Shown: piece by piece, positions 51,049 through 60,409 of the stretch
Position numbering within the stretch: position 1 is the stretch's first letter
Layout of the letters: every line of letters starts with the position of its first letter
Sequence record: PP496998.1
Reading direction: 5' to 3' (one strand)
Source: Escherichia phage EC.W14-3
DNA: 64,000 nt
The notes under the pieces: model-generated
What the model saw: the letters and a program-made list of their open reading frames with translations, nothing else
Told to the model about the DNA's origin: nothing
The model's database searches: none
Position numbers and translations under genes: made by a program

Positions 51049-51295
51049 TTTGAAGGTAAATGAACCATCTTTGTGTGTTGGTGATCTCAAACTTGGAGAT
51101 GTATTCCAAATCAGGGAAACACGAGCAGATTTCTACATGGTTGTTCAGCTATTTACCTCACAGATTGAAGAGACCAAGCCTTCTGATGGGGGTTGTGTCG
51201 TCCTTAGTCTGACAAATAAGCAAGTCCTTAAGCTTAGCTCGAAAAGCAAGGTTGTTCTTCTTCATGATGTTGTTATTACTAACAAGGGCAAGTAG
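51038..51295 (+). CDS. GDVF-family small protein, paralog C
   Basis: VGDLKLGDVFQ ... FYMVV. Confidence 0.45.
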   Translation: MKIDLKVNEPSLCVGDLKLGDVFQIRETRADFYMVVQLFTSQIEETKPSDGGCVVLSLTNKQVLKLSSKSKVVLLHDVVITNKGK

Positions 51296-51514
51296 ATGGA
51301 AATTAAAGTAGTTGATTATCCTAAATATGCAAATGCAGAAGATGTTAAAGGTGGTGATGTTTTCTCTTACGACAGACGTTTCTGGCTGATGTTAGAAGAT
51401 AAAACTCCCGATGGTTTATGTAAGGCCGCCAATCTGAACAGCGGTTCTGTTGAAGTCTTCGGTCTATCAACCACTGTTATGCCACGCCCTGATCTGTGTT
51501 TATCCCAAAAGTAA
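51296..51514 (+). CDS. GDVF-family small protein, paralog D
   Basis: VKGGDVFSY ... FWLML ... ANLNSGSV. Confidence 0.45.
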   Translation: MEIKVVDYPKYANAEDVKGGDVFSYDRRFWLMLEDKTPDGLCKAANLNSGSVEVFGLSTTVMPRPDLCLSQK

Positions 51515-51522
51515 CATCGACT

Positions 51523-51609
51523 TATAGCCCTTGTGTTTATCAGAGGGCTATGTGAGGGTGTTCCTCATTAACTTATTAATTCAGGCATATGCCACACCGC
51601 TAGGGAGAG
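51523..51609 (+). repeat. conserved intergenic element, copy A (hairpin ATAGCCCT..AGGGCTAT + GTGAG; GCTAGGGAGAG box)
   Basis: same components recur at 56671..56760. Confidence 0.45.
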
Positions 51610-51872
51610 CTTGCTCGAACATCCGGTGTTAGACTAAAACCTGTTCAATTTCGGTAGACTTTCCACTACGTAGGGGTACGTATTGGTTTGGGATTCAGGA
51701 GATCTCCTAGGGGTAGGAGGTCTTCACCAGTTGGGATAAGAGATAGCTCTAGAACCTGAACTCTTAGGCAGAGAGGGTCGGCAATGAGTACGAGGTCAGA
51801 ATTAGCCTCCTGACTAGGGCTATCCCTTATATCAACTGGCAATAATGCCTCCACTAATAAAGAGAGAACGTT

Positions 51873-52013
51873 ATGAAGAAGTCAACCAAGAGTATGAACC
51901 GTCCTGAGCGTATGGATGCAGTAGCAAATGGTGCACTGAAGATCGAGTCTGCCATGCTGCGTCTGATGGGTAACATCCGTAAGCGTCAAGGTGGTTGGGT
52001 TTACAATAACTGA
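51873..52013 (+). CDS. small basic protein (46 aa)
   Basis: ATG after AGAGAGAA; translation checked by hand; below ORF-track cutoff. Confidence 0.3.
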   Translation: MKKSTKSMNRPERMDAVANGALKIESAMLRLMGNIRKRQGGWVYNN

Positions 52014-52226
52014 TTTAATAAAAGGCTGCCTAGAAATAGGTGGCCTTTGTTGTTTTAATTAAGGGTCAACTCTTACTTAAACTAACAACGGGTGTATGGT
52101 ATTGACAGGCATCGGCACGGAACTTGTTACCAACAAGGTTGGCGAATCAAGACCTCTGTGAAGCTCCGAAGAAATCAAGGCAGGTTCGACTCCTGCTCCC
52201 CGACCAAATCAGCAAGAGGTGCTTAT

Positions 52227-52580
52227 ATGAGAAGCATGGTTAAAGATTGGGTAACTAAATCAGGTCTTCGTGCTGTGATTATGCACATGAACGACTCCCA
52301 CTTTTGTGGATATGTAGAGCTACCAGACAGCTTAAAACATAAAAACTTCACCGGATATAACGGGAATGAAGAAGTTTGTTATGTAAGTGTTCATGGTGGT
52401 GTCACATGGCAAGATACCCTTGAAGAGATGGATGGTTTAGATACAATCGGATTTGATTGTGCCCATGCAGGTGATAAGACACGGTTCAACCCTAACGGGG
52501 TTCCAAGAACAGAAACGTTCTGCATCAACGAATGCGAACAAATGGCTGAACAACTAAGAGATCTCGAATCAAATGTCTAA
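52227..52580 (+). CDS. hypothetical protein
   Basis: internal ATG (MRSMVKDW) with AAGAGGTG SD; the upstream part of ORF 52092..52580 is probably promoter/leader. Confidence 0.4.
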   Translation: MRSMVKDWVTKSGLRAVIMHMNDSHFCGYVELPDSLKHKNFTGYNGNEEVCYVSVHGGVTWQDTLEEMDGLDTIGFDCAHAGDKTRFNPNGVPRTETFCINECEQMAEQLRDLESNV

Positions 52581-52745
52581 GCAAACAATCAAACATACGC
52601 AAGCTGGTTACTCTTATATCAACTCTCCTTGTTGTGGTGCTCGTGTGAATCTGGTTAAGGAAGAGGTTCGTATCGTTCAGCGTGGCGCTACTGTTGTTCG
52701 TTCATGCTGTGTCTGTGGTAATGACATTTTTATCAAAGGTAAAGT

Positions 52746-52997
52746 ATGAAAAACTTCCAAGCTGCACCAATAACTAAAGTGATCGAAGTTGACGGTGTAA
52801 TGATGACTGTTCCTCTGAACACTCGTTACATTGCAATTGACAAGATGGGCTATGTATGGGCTTGGAAGATCAAGCCTAGTTATAACGCACTGTTTGATGA
52901 GTTTGTTTGTACTGGTACTTACAGTCCTACATTCTTGGGTTTATTTGGAGAGTTTGATGGTAAGCATAAAATCATCACTCTCCCTGCTTGTGCTTGA
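52746..52997 (+). CDS. hypothetical protein
   Basis: ORF track. Confidence 0.35.
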   Translation: MKNFQAAPITKVIEVDGVMMTVPLNTRYIAIDKMGYVWAWKIKPSYNALFDEFVCTGTYSPTFLGLFGEFDGKHKIITLPACA

Positions 52998-53177
52998 GGT
53001 TATTATGTTCAAGTGGTTTAAACGTTTCTTCCATCTCCATGATTGGGAGACAATAAAAGAAATTCGTTTACACATATATAATGAGATTGGTCAAATAGAA
53101 GACACAGGTACTCGTTATATACTTCGATGTAAAACATGTGGTCATATCACCAAGCGAGATATGATCTAAATAATTCT

Positions 53178-53253
53178 GCGCTCTTAGCTCAATGGATAGA
53201 GCAGTAGCCTTCTAAGCTATTGGTTACAGGTTCGAGTCCTGTAGGGCGCACCA
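53178..53253 (+). tRNA. tRNA-Arg, anticodon UCU
   Basis: hand-folded cloverleaf: 7-bp acceptor stem (one G-U), D-arm GCTC/GAGC, anticodon loop CTTCTAA, T-arm ACAGG-TTCGAGT-CCTGT, discriminator A and encoded CCA. Confidence 0.8.
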
Positions 53254-53393
53254 CATTTAGGGCTAGTATGGGTGCGGCACCAGAGTTAGTGTATCCCTGT
53301 TGAGGCAAGTGCTTTTATAACAGTGGGAATTACTTTCTTAGTGAGCTTCTGGTTCGATTCCAGATAGTCCACCAAATCTAATAGGAGGTAATT

Positions 53394-53693
53394 ATGAGTT
53401 GGGGTGGTGTAATATCCTTAATCTGTATCTTCCTTGTCTGTATAGCCCTTACAGGCTGCGTACAGAGTCGTCCTGATGGATGGTGTGCAGTAGCAGTGGA
53501 AGGTGTTTGTGTTTCTCGCTGGCATAAAGGTAAGAAGGTTCCTTCTGGTGAAATTGATATGCGCTGGAACGGAGCAACCTGCTCTAATGCTAACCCTTCT
53601 ATCAACGAAGAGAAATCTACACCGGATAATGTTGTGATTGATACAGCGTTGTGGTGTGGTGGCTCTGTAACAACAACCGGTAAGGAGTGGTAA
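53394..53693 (+). CDS. lipoprotein (candidate envelope-modifying / superinfection-exclusion protein)
   Basis: signal peptide with lipobox LTGC (ICIFLVCIALTGC); Cys-rich mature part. Confidence 0.45.
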   Translation: MSWGGVISLICIFLVCIALTGCVQSRPDGWCAVAVEGVCVSRWHKGKKVPSGEIDMRWNGATCSNANPSINEEKSTPDNVVIDTALWCGGSVTTTGKEW

Positions 53694-53694
53694 T

Positions 53695-53943
53695 ATGACA
53701 GCTCATTATTGGAATACAAAGAAGCTTCTTGAGGAGATGGCTGGGGGTAGTAGAGTACAGCTAATCTCTATGCTTCGAATGGATGCTCGCTCTTTACGCT
53801 TTCAAGTGAAGATTGGTAACTTCAGCGATGGTCTTTATTATACCTTGAAGGAAAGAATTAAGAAAACTCACTTCATCATGTACGGAATCAAACCGAGAAC
53901 GTACGTTAACTACATGTATTGGGATACATGCTACGATAGTTGA
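53695..53943 (+). CDS. hypothetical protein
   Basis: ORF track. Confidence 0.35.
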   Translation: MTAHYWNTKKLLEEMAGGSRVQLISMLRMDARSLRFQVKIGNFSDGLYYTLKERIKKTHFIMYGIKPRTYVNYMYWDTCYDS

Positions 53944-53950
53944 GGCTATT

Positions 53951-54172
53951 ATGAAATTAGATTCTAAACAATCACTTAAAACTGTTGAACTATCCACCCT
54001 TCCAAATGGAAGTATTTTTGGTCATGATAAACACTTCTGGATTAAAACAGACTACTTGAACGATGGGTATATCACCTGTGTCAATCTTTGGAATGGCTCA
54101 GTGGATGGCTACCGCCCTAGTGCAAAAGTAGTCCCTCAGCCTGATGCAAAAGCTATAGGTTTGGTCTACTAA
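53951..54172 (+). CDS. GDVF-family small protein, paralog E
   Basis: LPNGSIFGHDKHFWIK ... CVNLWNGSV. Confidence 0.45.
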   Translation: MKLDSKQSLKTVELSTLPNGSIFGHDKHFWIKTDYLNDGYITCVNLWNGSVDGYRPSAKVVPQPDAKAIGLVY

Positions 54173-54181
54173 GGAGTTCAT

Positions 54182-54355
54182 ATGAGCTGTTATGGTGGAG
54201 GTGAAGTTTATGATGACGATGATATGGAATCTAATGGGGAATGCCCTGATTGCGGGTGTGAGACGTTTGATGGTGTATCAGTATATCCTGCCTGTAGTTA
54301 CTCACCAGTGATCTGTAAAACATGTGGTGATCAGCCATGTGACCAATCTTGTTAA
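54182..54355 (+). CDS. small Cys-rich protein (57 aa, zinc-ribbon-like)
   Basis: CPDCGC ... CKTCGDQPCDQSC; below ORF-track cutoff. Confidence 0.3.
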   Translation: MSCYGGGEVYDDDDMESNGECPDCGCETFDGVSVYPACSYSPVICKTCGDQPCDQSC

Positions 54356-54364
54356 GAGGTTAAT

Positions 54365-54622
54365 ATGGACGGAGAAATGGTTTCATATATAGCCATGACC
54401 TACTTGGTAGGTTGGTGGGTTGCAGTGTTGGTGGTGAAGTGGTGCTTCAAGAGAGGGAAGTTTAAAACTTTCCTACATACTCCTTGGGGGAACCCTGACG
54501 AAACTGCAATGTGGGTTGTGATCTTCTTCTGGCCTGTTATCTTATTATTCTTTATCATCTTCCCAATCCTACTACTATTTGACACTGTATTATGTAGGCT
54601 TACTAATTTTATAGTAAAGTAA
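54365..54622 (+). CDS. small membrane protein with two TM helices
   Basis: two hydrophobic segments separated by a basic loop. Confidence 0.4.
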   Translation: MDGEMVSYIAMTYLVGWWVAVLVVKWCFKRGKFKTFLHTPWGNPDETAMWVVIFFWPVILLFFIIFPILLLFDTVLCRLTNFIVK

Positions 54623-54912
54623 TATCGTGAAGGACTCTTACGAGAGTCCTTTGAGATAGGACTTCAGATCTCCTATCAAACTAACATTCATGTAACTAGC
54701 CCATAAGGGCGTTACCCTTTAATAACCCAGCCCACTAAGGGGGCGGGAGTTTAGTGCTGGATGAGCATAACGCTTATTCCTACAAAGGCAACCGATTGTT
54801 AGATCTTACATGCAATATTAATTAATAGGATAAGGGAGGATTCGTCCCCTCCCCCTATTTTATTGAATCTTTATCTAAGCAAGTCTTATATAAACATTTA
54901 ATCGGAGGGTAT

Positions 54913-55134
54913 ATGACAAAATGTGAAACACTTATCAAACATAGTCCGTATCCTTTCAGAAGGGTAACTCTTAGTCAGATAGAGGAAGAAGCCAAAAAGC
55001 ACTACACTAATTGGGAGGATATGAACTTCCTTCAGTGGAATAGCGCTCATGGAGATCTGTCTTCAGACATGATAAGGCATTCGCATTATCTGATAATTGA
55101 TGGTGTGTTAGTTAAAAGTCGACATGGGTGGTAA
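54913..55134 (+). CDS. hypothetical protein
   Basis: ORF track. Confidence 0.35.
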   Translation: MTKCETLIKHSPYPFRRVTLSQIEEEAKKHYTNWEDMNFLQWNSAHGDLSSDMIRHSHYLIIDGVLVKSRHGW

Positions 55135-55447
55135 AATGAAAGCTCGAAGAACTATATGGACTCCGATGCAGATTGAAAACCTTCGGAGACTAATCAAAGA
55201 GTACTCTGTCCAAGAGGTTGCTCAGATTATGAATGTAACGGAGAATGCAGTTAATACAGCTTGCACTAAGTTCGGTATATCAAGAGCTGTAATCCGAGTT
55301 AAGTGGTCTAAAGAAGAAGATCAGTTCCTTATCCGTAATGCTGGGTTCATGTCTATTCAGAGAATGGCTGACATGCTCGGTAGAAGTTATGCTGCTGTAC
55401 AGAACAGGGCATGTATGCACCTTAACATTAGCCTCAAACTTAAATAG
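55124..55447 (+). CDS. DNA-binding protein with two HTH-like repeats (putative)
   Basis: internal duplication SVQEVAQIMNVTENAVNTACTKFGI / SIQRMADMLGRSYAAVQNRACMHLNI. Confidence 0.35.
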   Translation: MGGKMKARRTIWTPMQIENLRRLIKEYSVQEVAQIMNVTENAVNTACTKFGISRAVIRVKWSKEEDQFLIRNAGFMSIQRMADMLGRSYAAVQNRACMHLNISLKLK

Positions 55448-55455
55448 GAATCAAT

Positions 55456-55701
55456 ATGAAGATCATCCCAAAGAAAAAGGATAATACGGTACGATTGGAA
55501 ACGATCATTCCCGGAAACCCCTTTGTGGTACAGCACGGAAGTGTCTCTCCTCAATATTATATGAGGGTTGAAAATGCTTCTGGTAATATCCGTATAGCCA
55601 GTGGCTGGGTTCCTGTGGTAAACCTTTCCACAGGTGTACTATCTGTTAAAGGTCTTGATGATCAGGTAGAAATGATTCGTATGTCAGTGGTTCAGGAGTA
55701 A
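55456..55701 (+). CDS. GDVF-family small protein, paralog F
   Basis: IIPGNPFVV ... YYMRV ... VNLSTG. Confidence 0.45.
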   Translation: MKIIPKKKDNTVRLETIIPGNPFVVQHGSVSPQYYMRVENASGNIRIASGWVPVVNLSTGVLSVKGLDDQVEMIRMSVVQE

Positions 55702-55703
55702 TT

Positions 55704-55952
55704 ATGGGCACTATTCATATTAAAGTTAAGAGCAAAGAGGAAACAGTCCTCCGTGTTAAAGATCTAAATATGTCAGATGTGTTCACTCTCCAAGAGTGCC
55801 ATCTTCAAAAGATTTATATGCTTACAGCTAAGAGCAGGGGCTGTCAACCTGCTGGAGCTGTTAACTTAGGCACTGGAGAACTGCGTGTCATCTCTGGTGA
55901 TATGGTTGTTGGTGAGAAGTTTAGTAAGGCTGAAATTATCTTAACTCCATAG
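55704..55952 (+). CDS. GDVF-family small protein, paralog G
   Basis: VKDLNMSDVFTL ... IYML ... VNLGTG. Confidence 0.45.
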   Translation: MGTIHIKVKSKEETVLRVKDLNMSDVFTLQECHLQKIYMLTAKSRGCQPAGAVNLGTGELRVISGDMVVGEKFSKAEIILTP

Positions 55953-56183
55953 GAAAACAAATGAGACGTAAAGCATATTCTTATGACGATATGATTAACC
56001 AGAAAGGCTTTGGTCAACGGCAGCCTGACGGTTCAATTATCTGGTTCGTAAACGGACAGAAAAAGGTAGCTAAATAAGCCCTCTTCTCTCCCCCTTTTAG
56101 TACTATGACGCCTCTCTGTGGGCGGCCCAATTTGCGTAGGGAATTCCCTCTACGCAGCCATGACTTTTTAAGGAATTTCCCCT

Positions 56184-56417
56184 ATGTCTAAAGTAAGCGC
56201 AATCGATGCAATCCGTCAACCGTTCCAGTTCCAATCCAAATCAACCCAAACCTTCAGTGAGCCTAAGCAAATTCGCTTGGGTGGCACAGAGAAGACTGTG
56301 TTTGATCTGGCTAAAAACAAGAGCGTTACCGTAGTTGATGGTGGCACTCTGGTTAACGTTTCCCATCGTATCCGCACTGGCAAAACTGCCAAAGATCGTG
56401 CTAAGAAAGGTGAGTGA
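56184..56417 (+). CDS. hypothetical protein
   Basis: ORF track. Confidence 0.35.
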   Translation: MSKVSAIDAIRQPFQFQSKSTQTFSEPKQIRLGGTEKTVFDLAKNKSVTVVDGGTLVNVSHRIRTGKTAKDRAKKGE

Positions 56418-56659
56418 TGAAAATAGGGAAACCAGCTAAGGATGTTCTAGCGAAGATTGGTGATATCTCTATTGGGGAAGTTTTCTCAGCTGAGCACTTT
56501 TCAAGTTACTACATGAGAATCCCTGACACTAAAGTTGAGGGTTGCATCATCCCTGCCAACGCAGTTAACCTGAACACAGGACACCTGTCTGCATTCAAAC
56601 CTGATTCACAGGTTACTGAAATCAAAGATGCCTACCTCGCCTTTGGTGGGGATAAGTAG
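56414..56659 (+). CDS. GDVF-family small protein, paralog H
   Basis: IGDISIGEVFS ... YYMRI ... VNLNTG. Confidence 0.45.
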   Translation: MMKIGKPAKDVLAKIGDISIGEVFSAEHFSSYYMRIPDTKVEGCIIPANAVNLNTGHLSAFKPDSQVTEIKDAYLAFGGDK

Positions 56660-56670
56660 AGTAACATCTA

Positions 56671-56760
56671 TAGCCTTCTTCTGAGGGCTATGTGAGTTAT
56701 TCTGACTCAACTAACCTAATCTTAATATATTTCCCGTATGGGGCCGATGCTAGGGAGAGG
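56671..56760 (+). repeat. conserved intergenic element, copy B
   Basis: hairpin ATAGCC..GGCTAT + GTGAG, GCTAGGGAGAG, GTTCCTCA and ACATCCG boxes shared with copy A. Confidence 0.45.
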
Positions 56761-57045
56761 AGTGTTCCTCAAACATCCGTCGGATAGATATTTTAAGAGC
56801 AGGTTATCCACAGATATTGGGTAATATCTTTTTGGATTTAAAGCTTGGCTCTTTTCGGAGAGTCCTTTTTTAAATTCAATGAGAGGAAATATGTCTAAAT
56901 TAGATTTAAAACTGCTAGCAGCAGCGGTAGTGATTTGTGCACTAGCACTGGTAACGCAGAGAACATCTGGATTTATTCAGTGTTTCTTTTCTGGGCAATC
57001 CACTTATCAGTGGGTTATTGACGAGTGTAAACAACAGGAGTAAGT

Positions 57046-57408
57046 ATGAATACACGTCCCATTAAGGGCAACGTTAATATTGAAACTCTGAACAAGGTTG
57101 CATCAAATCTCGGTGGAATGTCCAACGATGAGCTTGAGCAAGAACTTGCTTGGATTGCAAATGGTATCAAAGTTGCTAAAGGTAAGATTGCTCGTGAGCA
57201 AAGCAACATGAAAGCTCACAAGTATATCATCCGTCGTGCAAACATGTTACCAGAGCGGGTTGTACATCTTGCCCGTAAAAACTACTCAGAAGCAAAGAAA
57301 GCTCTGGAAGAAGCTACTTTCCAGAAGCACCAATTTATGAACAACTATCGAAACTTCCGAGATATTTTTTATATCCGTAAGTCGATTGAGTTGATTAAAA
57401 ACCAATAG
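57046..57408 (+). CDS. hypothetical protein
   Basis: ORF track. Confidence 0.4.
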   Translation: MNTRPIKGNVNIETLNKVASNLGGMSNDELEQELAWIANGIKVAKGKIAREQSNMKAHKYIIRRANMLPERVVHLARKNYSEAKKALEEATFQKHQFMNNYRNFRDIFYIRKSIELIKNQ

Positions 57409-57419
57409 AGGTTGGTATA

Positions 57420-58619
57420 ATGTTTCCAGTAACATTAGAAGATACTGAAGGTAATGTTTTAACGGTCAACCCTCCTTGTTATGGGTTCCTTCAGCTTCGC
57501 AACTATAACGGTGGCGTTGATGAAGACGGTGACGAAGATGATGACTACTTCGACCCTAACATGTATGAGGCAACTCATGGATGGAATATGCACGTTCGAG
57601 TATGGCATGAAGAAGCCAACGTTCGTAGCGCTGACGGAGAAGAGTTCTTGTTAAGCCGAGAGATGGGTATGTGTAAAATCAAGCATATCTGGAACTCTGG
57701 AACTCATATGAAGATGTTAGGTTTTAGACGTTGGCGTGATGAAAAGCATGTAGCTGAAGCTTTAAGTTGGTGTTCGTATGAAGATGAAGACACGCCTCCT
57801 AAGAATAACATTGAACGTTGGAACGACAAAAACCCTGAACATCGAACCACACCTCGTGCTGTACTGGAAGCTATGGAAGCATTTGTGGACAAAGACCGTC
57901 CCTCCTGTTTACGCTGGCACGATAAAGGTTTTATGGGGGTAGCAACTGAGAACATCCCTGCTGATCGTTGTCTGTTCTATTTGATGTTAGACCGAACCTT
58001 CTATTGTGAAGATGAAGAGAGTCAAGTTGAAACCTTCCTCCATAAATGGTTGGTTGAAGGCTGGACAATCCTTCAGGCTTATGTTTACTCACGAATGGTT
58101 AGCACTTACACTAACCTCTTGGGCGAAAAGAAAGCAACTCTGGTTGGTAACGATTGGGATGCTTGTATCTTCCCAGCGTCGCTGTTTACAGTCGGCATGG
58201 CTGATAAATACGCTGAAGCATTTCAAGTTCCTTGGCGTCAACAGTCATACAGAGATGGATGCGGTCACTTCCGTGATGAAGACTTTAAGTGGATTCATTA
58301 TGAGAATAACGAAACAGCAGAATTGCGAGTTAATAACTCGATGTTCTTGCCGGTGATGCATCCTGATTTAGTAAAAGATGAGTCAGAAATACTCAAAGGT
58401 GACAACCTTCTGGTTACCTTTGCTCGTCGAGTATCTAAAGATGAAAGAACAGCTGACAGATTAGTCTACGCTTATCGCGCTGAGACTAAAGATATGTTCA
58501 ATATTTATAATATTGTTCAGCGATTCAGTAGCGGAACTCTGGACCAAAGTTCGGAGTATTCAGTGATTCCGTCCTCTGAGTGGGATGGTATTATGAGCGG
58601 ATTATTTTTAGGAAAATAA
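57420..58619 (+). CDS. hypothetical protein (399 aa), first gene of the amidoligase-containing cluster
   Basis: ORF track; co-oriented and tightly packed with downstream enzymes; no motif recognised. Confidence 0.4.
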   Translation: MFPVTLEDTEGNVLTVNPPCYGFLQLRNYNGGVDEDGDEDDDYFDPNMYEATHGWNMHVRVWHEEANVRSADGEEFLLSREMGMCKIKHIWNSGTHMKMLGFRRWRDEKHVAEALSWCSYEDEDTPPKNNIERWNDKNPEHRTTPRAVLEAMEAFVDKDRPSCLRWHDKGFMGVATENIPADRCLFYLMLDRTFYCEDEESQVETFLHKWLVEGWTILQAYVYSRMVSTYTNLLGEKKATLVGNDWDACIFPASLFTVGMADKYAEAFQVPWRQQSYRDGCGHFRDEDFKWIHYENNETAELRVNNSMFLPVMHPDLVKDESEILKGDNLLVTFARRVSKDERTADRLVYAYRAETKDMFNIYNIVQRFSSGTLDQSSEYSVIPSSEWDGIMSGLFLGK

Positions 58620-58629
58620 AAGGTTAGTT

Positions 58630-59601
58630 ATGTCAATCTCCACAACGATCGTACCTCTTAATCTTCAACAGGATTTAGGGGAACAAAAGTTCTTAGGTCG
58701 TGGGTGCTTCGGTATCCACAACTACATGCAAGGCCAGTGTGTAAATGACATTAATGGTGAAGTTATCTCGGAAGAAGGGCGTTATCGTCGCTTCAACCGT
58801 GATATCAACTTGCAACTGGAGATGTTGAATTACTGGACTCACTCTTTTCACGGTCATGTTGCATCTGATATTGAAAAGAACTTGGTTGAAACAGCAGACA
58901 TTATGAACTCCATGTCTTGCTATCGTGACGTATTTACGATCACTTCAGCAAATAGTGTTGCTGTCAACCTTCGTGAGCATCCAGCAGATCAGATCTTCAC
59001 AGGACTTATGCTCTTTCGTAGTATTCTGGAAGGGCAATATCGTGGAATGGATTTCCTAGCAGAAGGAATTGAAGACAGGGAAGAGTGGCTGAAGCGTAAA
59101 CGCATCGGCATCGCTCTAGTGTTAGCTGGGTTGGGTCGTGACTTCTTCGGTGGATGGTCTCAACGAGGAAGAGCTAATGGGAGTAGCGAAAGCACCTCTA
59201 TTGTTATTAACAACAATATGTCAGCAGCAGCATTCCTTCCTTTGGTTGTAGACTCTGATGAATACACGAAGCAAGTATGGGTTCAAAACCCCTTCGGTGT
59301 TGGCGACAACGAGAATGGTTATGTTCGTAACCATAACCAAGATGCCTTACGAAGATTTGCTCGTGCTAAAGATCAAGACCCGGACGAGTATGAAACAATG
59401 TCAGAGTGGTTAAGACTCTGGTCCAACTGTTATGGTCACAAACGTGAATCAATAGACGACAAGTTGGGAAACATTACAGTACAAAACTTTACATCCCGAC
59501 TGATTCAAAGAACTGGAGCAGATTCCGGTCTTACTCTTGAAGAAGTTGGTAACACAATCTCATCTCTCTTTTCTGAACTAGTGGAGTATTACAATGACTA
59601 A
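58630..59601 (+). CDS. hypothetical protein (323 aa)
   Basis: ORF track; overlaps next gene start. Confidence 0.4.
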   Translation: MSISTTIVPLNLQQDLGEQKFLGRGCFGIHNYMQGQCVNDINGEVISEEGRYRRFNRDINLQLEMLNYWTHSFHGHVASDIEKNLVETADIMNSMSCYRDVFTITSANSVAVNLREHPADQIFTGLMLFRSILEGQYRGMDFLAEGIEDREEWLKRKRIGIALVLAGLGRDFFGGWSQRGRANGSSESTSIVINNNMSAAAFLPLVVDSDEYTKQVWVQNPFGVGDNENGYVRNHNQDALRRFARAKDQDPDEYETMSEWLRLWSNCYGHKRESIDDKLGNITVQNFTSRLIQRTGADSGLTLEEVGNTISSLFSELVEYYND

Positions 59602-60400
59602 GCGCAAATTCCTCATCGGCTCTGACCCTGAAATGTTCGTTCGTACTAGCAACGGTATCATCACCTCTGTAGCTGGTCTATTAGGCTGTTCTAAGGACGA
59701 TAAGATCACTCTGGCTAAGGATGTTCGTCTTCAAGAGGACAATGTATTGGCTGAGTTTGATATCGACCCACAGAGCGGTTTTGAAGCGTTTAACGATAAC
59801 ATGCAACGTGGTATTGATCTCACCAATAATGTCCTGAACAAACTGGACATGGAAACAGCTCCGGGTGTTAGCTCTCACATCTTCACTGAAGAAGAGATGA
59901 AGACCTTTAATGAATCAGCGTTCATCTTCGGGTGCACTCCTGATTTCAACGCCTTCACTGGTCAGAAAAACCCATCCCCGACTTCTCAGAATAAGGGACT
60001 TCGTACTGCCGGTGGTCACGTACATCTTGGCGTAGTTGGTGCTTTGGATATCACTCTGCAAACTCAGATGATGCTGGGTGTGTTGTGTGACTACTTCCTG
60101 TCTCTTCCAGCAGTAATTATGGACAAAGATACTCGCCGTAAAGAACTCTACGGTAAAGCATCTGCAATCCGTTATAAAGACTACGGTATCGAATACCGTT
60201 CGCTGTCTAACTTCTGGATTAGTGATCGTGAAAACCGTAAGTTTGTTTACGATCAGGTTGACAAGGTTGTTCAGCAGTGTGATATGTCCACTCTGATGGC
60301 ATTGCACTCTCGCCTTCCGATTGAGAAGCTTCATGAAATCATTAACGGGAACAACGTTAAAGAAGCTGACCAGCAGATCAAACTCCTTCAGGTAGCATAA
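59594..60400 (+). CDS. amidoligase-like protein (GCS2/YbdK-type carboxylate-amine ligase fold), putative
   Basis: N-terminal FLIGSDPEMF (G-x-D-x-E variant of the GxExE strand) and GGHVHLG His motif; paralogous pattern to 61024..62127. Confidence 0.4.
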   Translation: MTKRKFLIGSDPEMFVRTSNGIITSVAGLLGCSKDDKITLAKDVRLQEDNVLAEFDIDPQSGFEAFNDNMQRGIDLTNNVLNKLDMETAPGVSSHIFTEEEMKTFNESAFIFGCTPDFNAFTGQKNPSPTSQNKGLRTAGGHVHLGVVGALDITLQTQMMLGVLCDYFLSLPAVIMDKDTRRKELYGKASAIRYKDYGIEYRSLSNFWISDRENRKFVYDQVDKVVQQCDMSTLMALHSRLPIEKLHEIINGNNVKEADQQIKLLQVA

Positions 60401-60409
60401 GAGGTTATC

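Noticed and set aside
53254-53375. Second canonical tRNA gene after tRNA-Arg
   Set aside because: T-arm and CCA-like end are present but no compatible 5' acceptor strand or anticodon arm could be folded at tRNA spacing; kept only as a tRNA-like remnant
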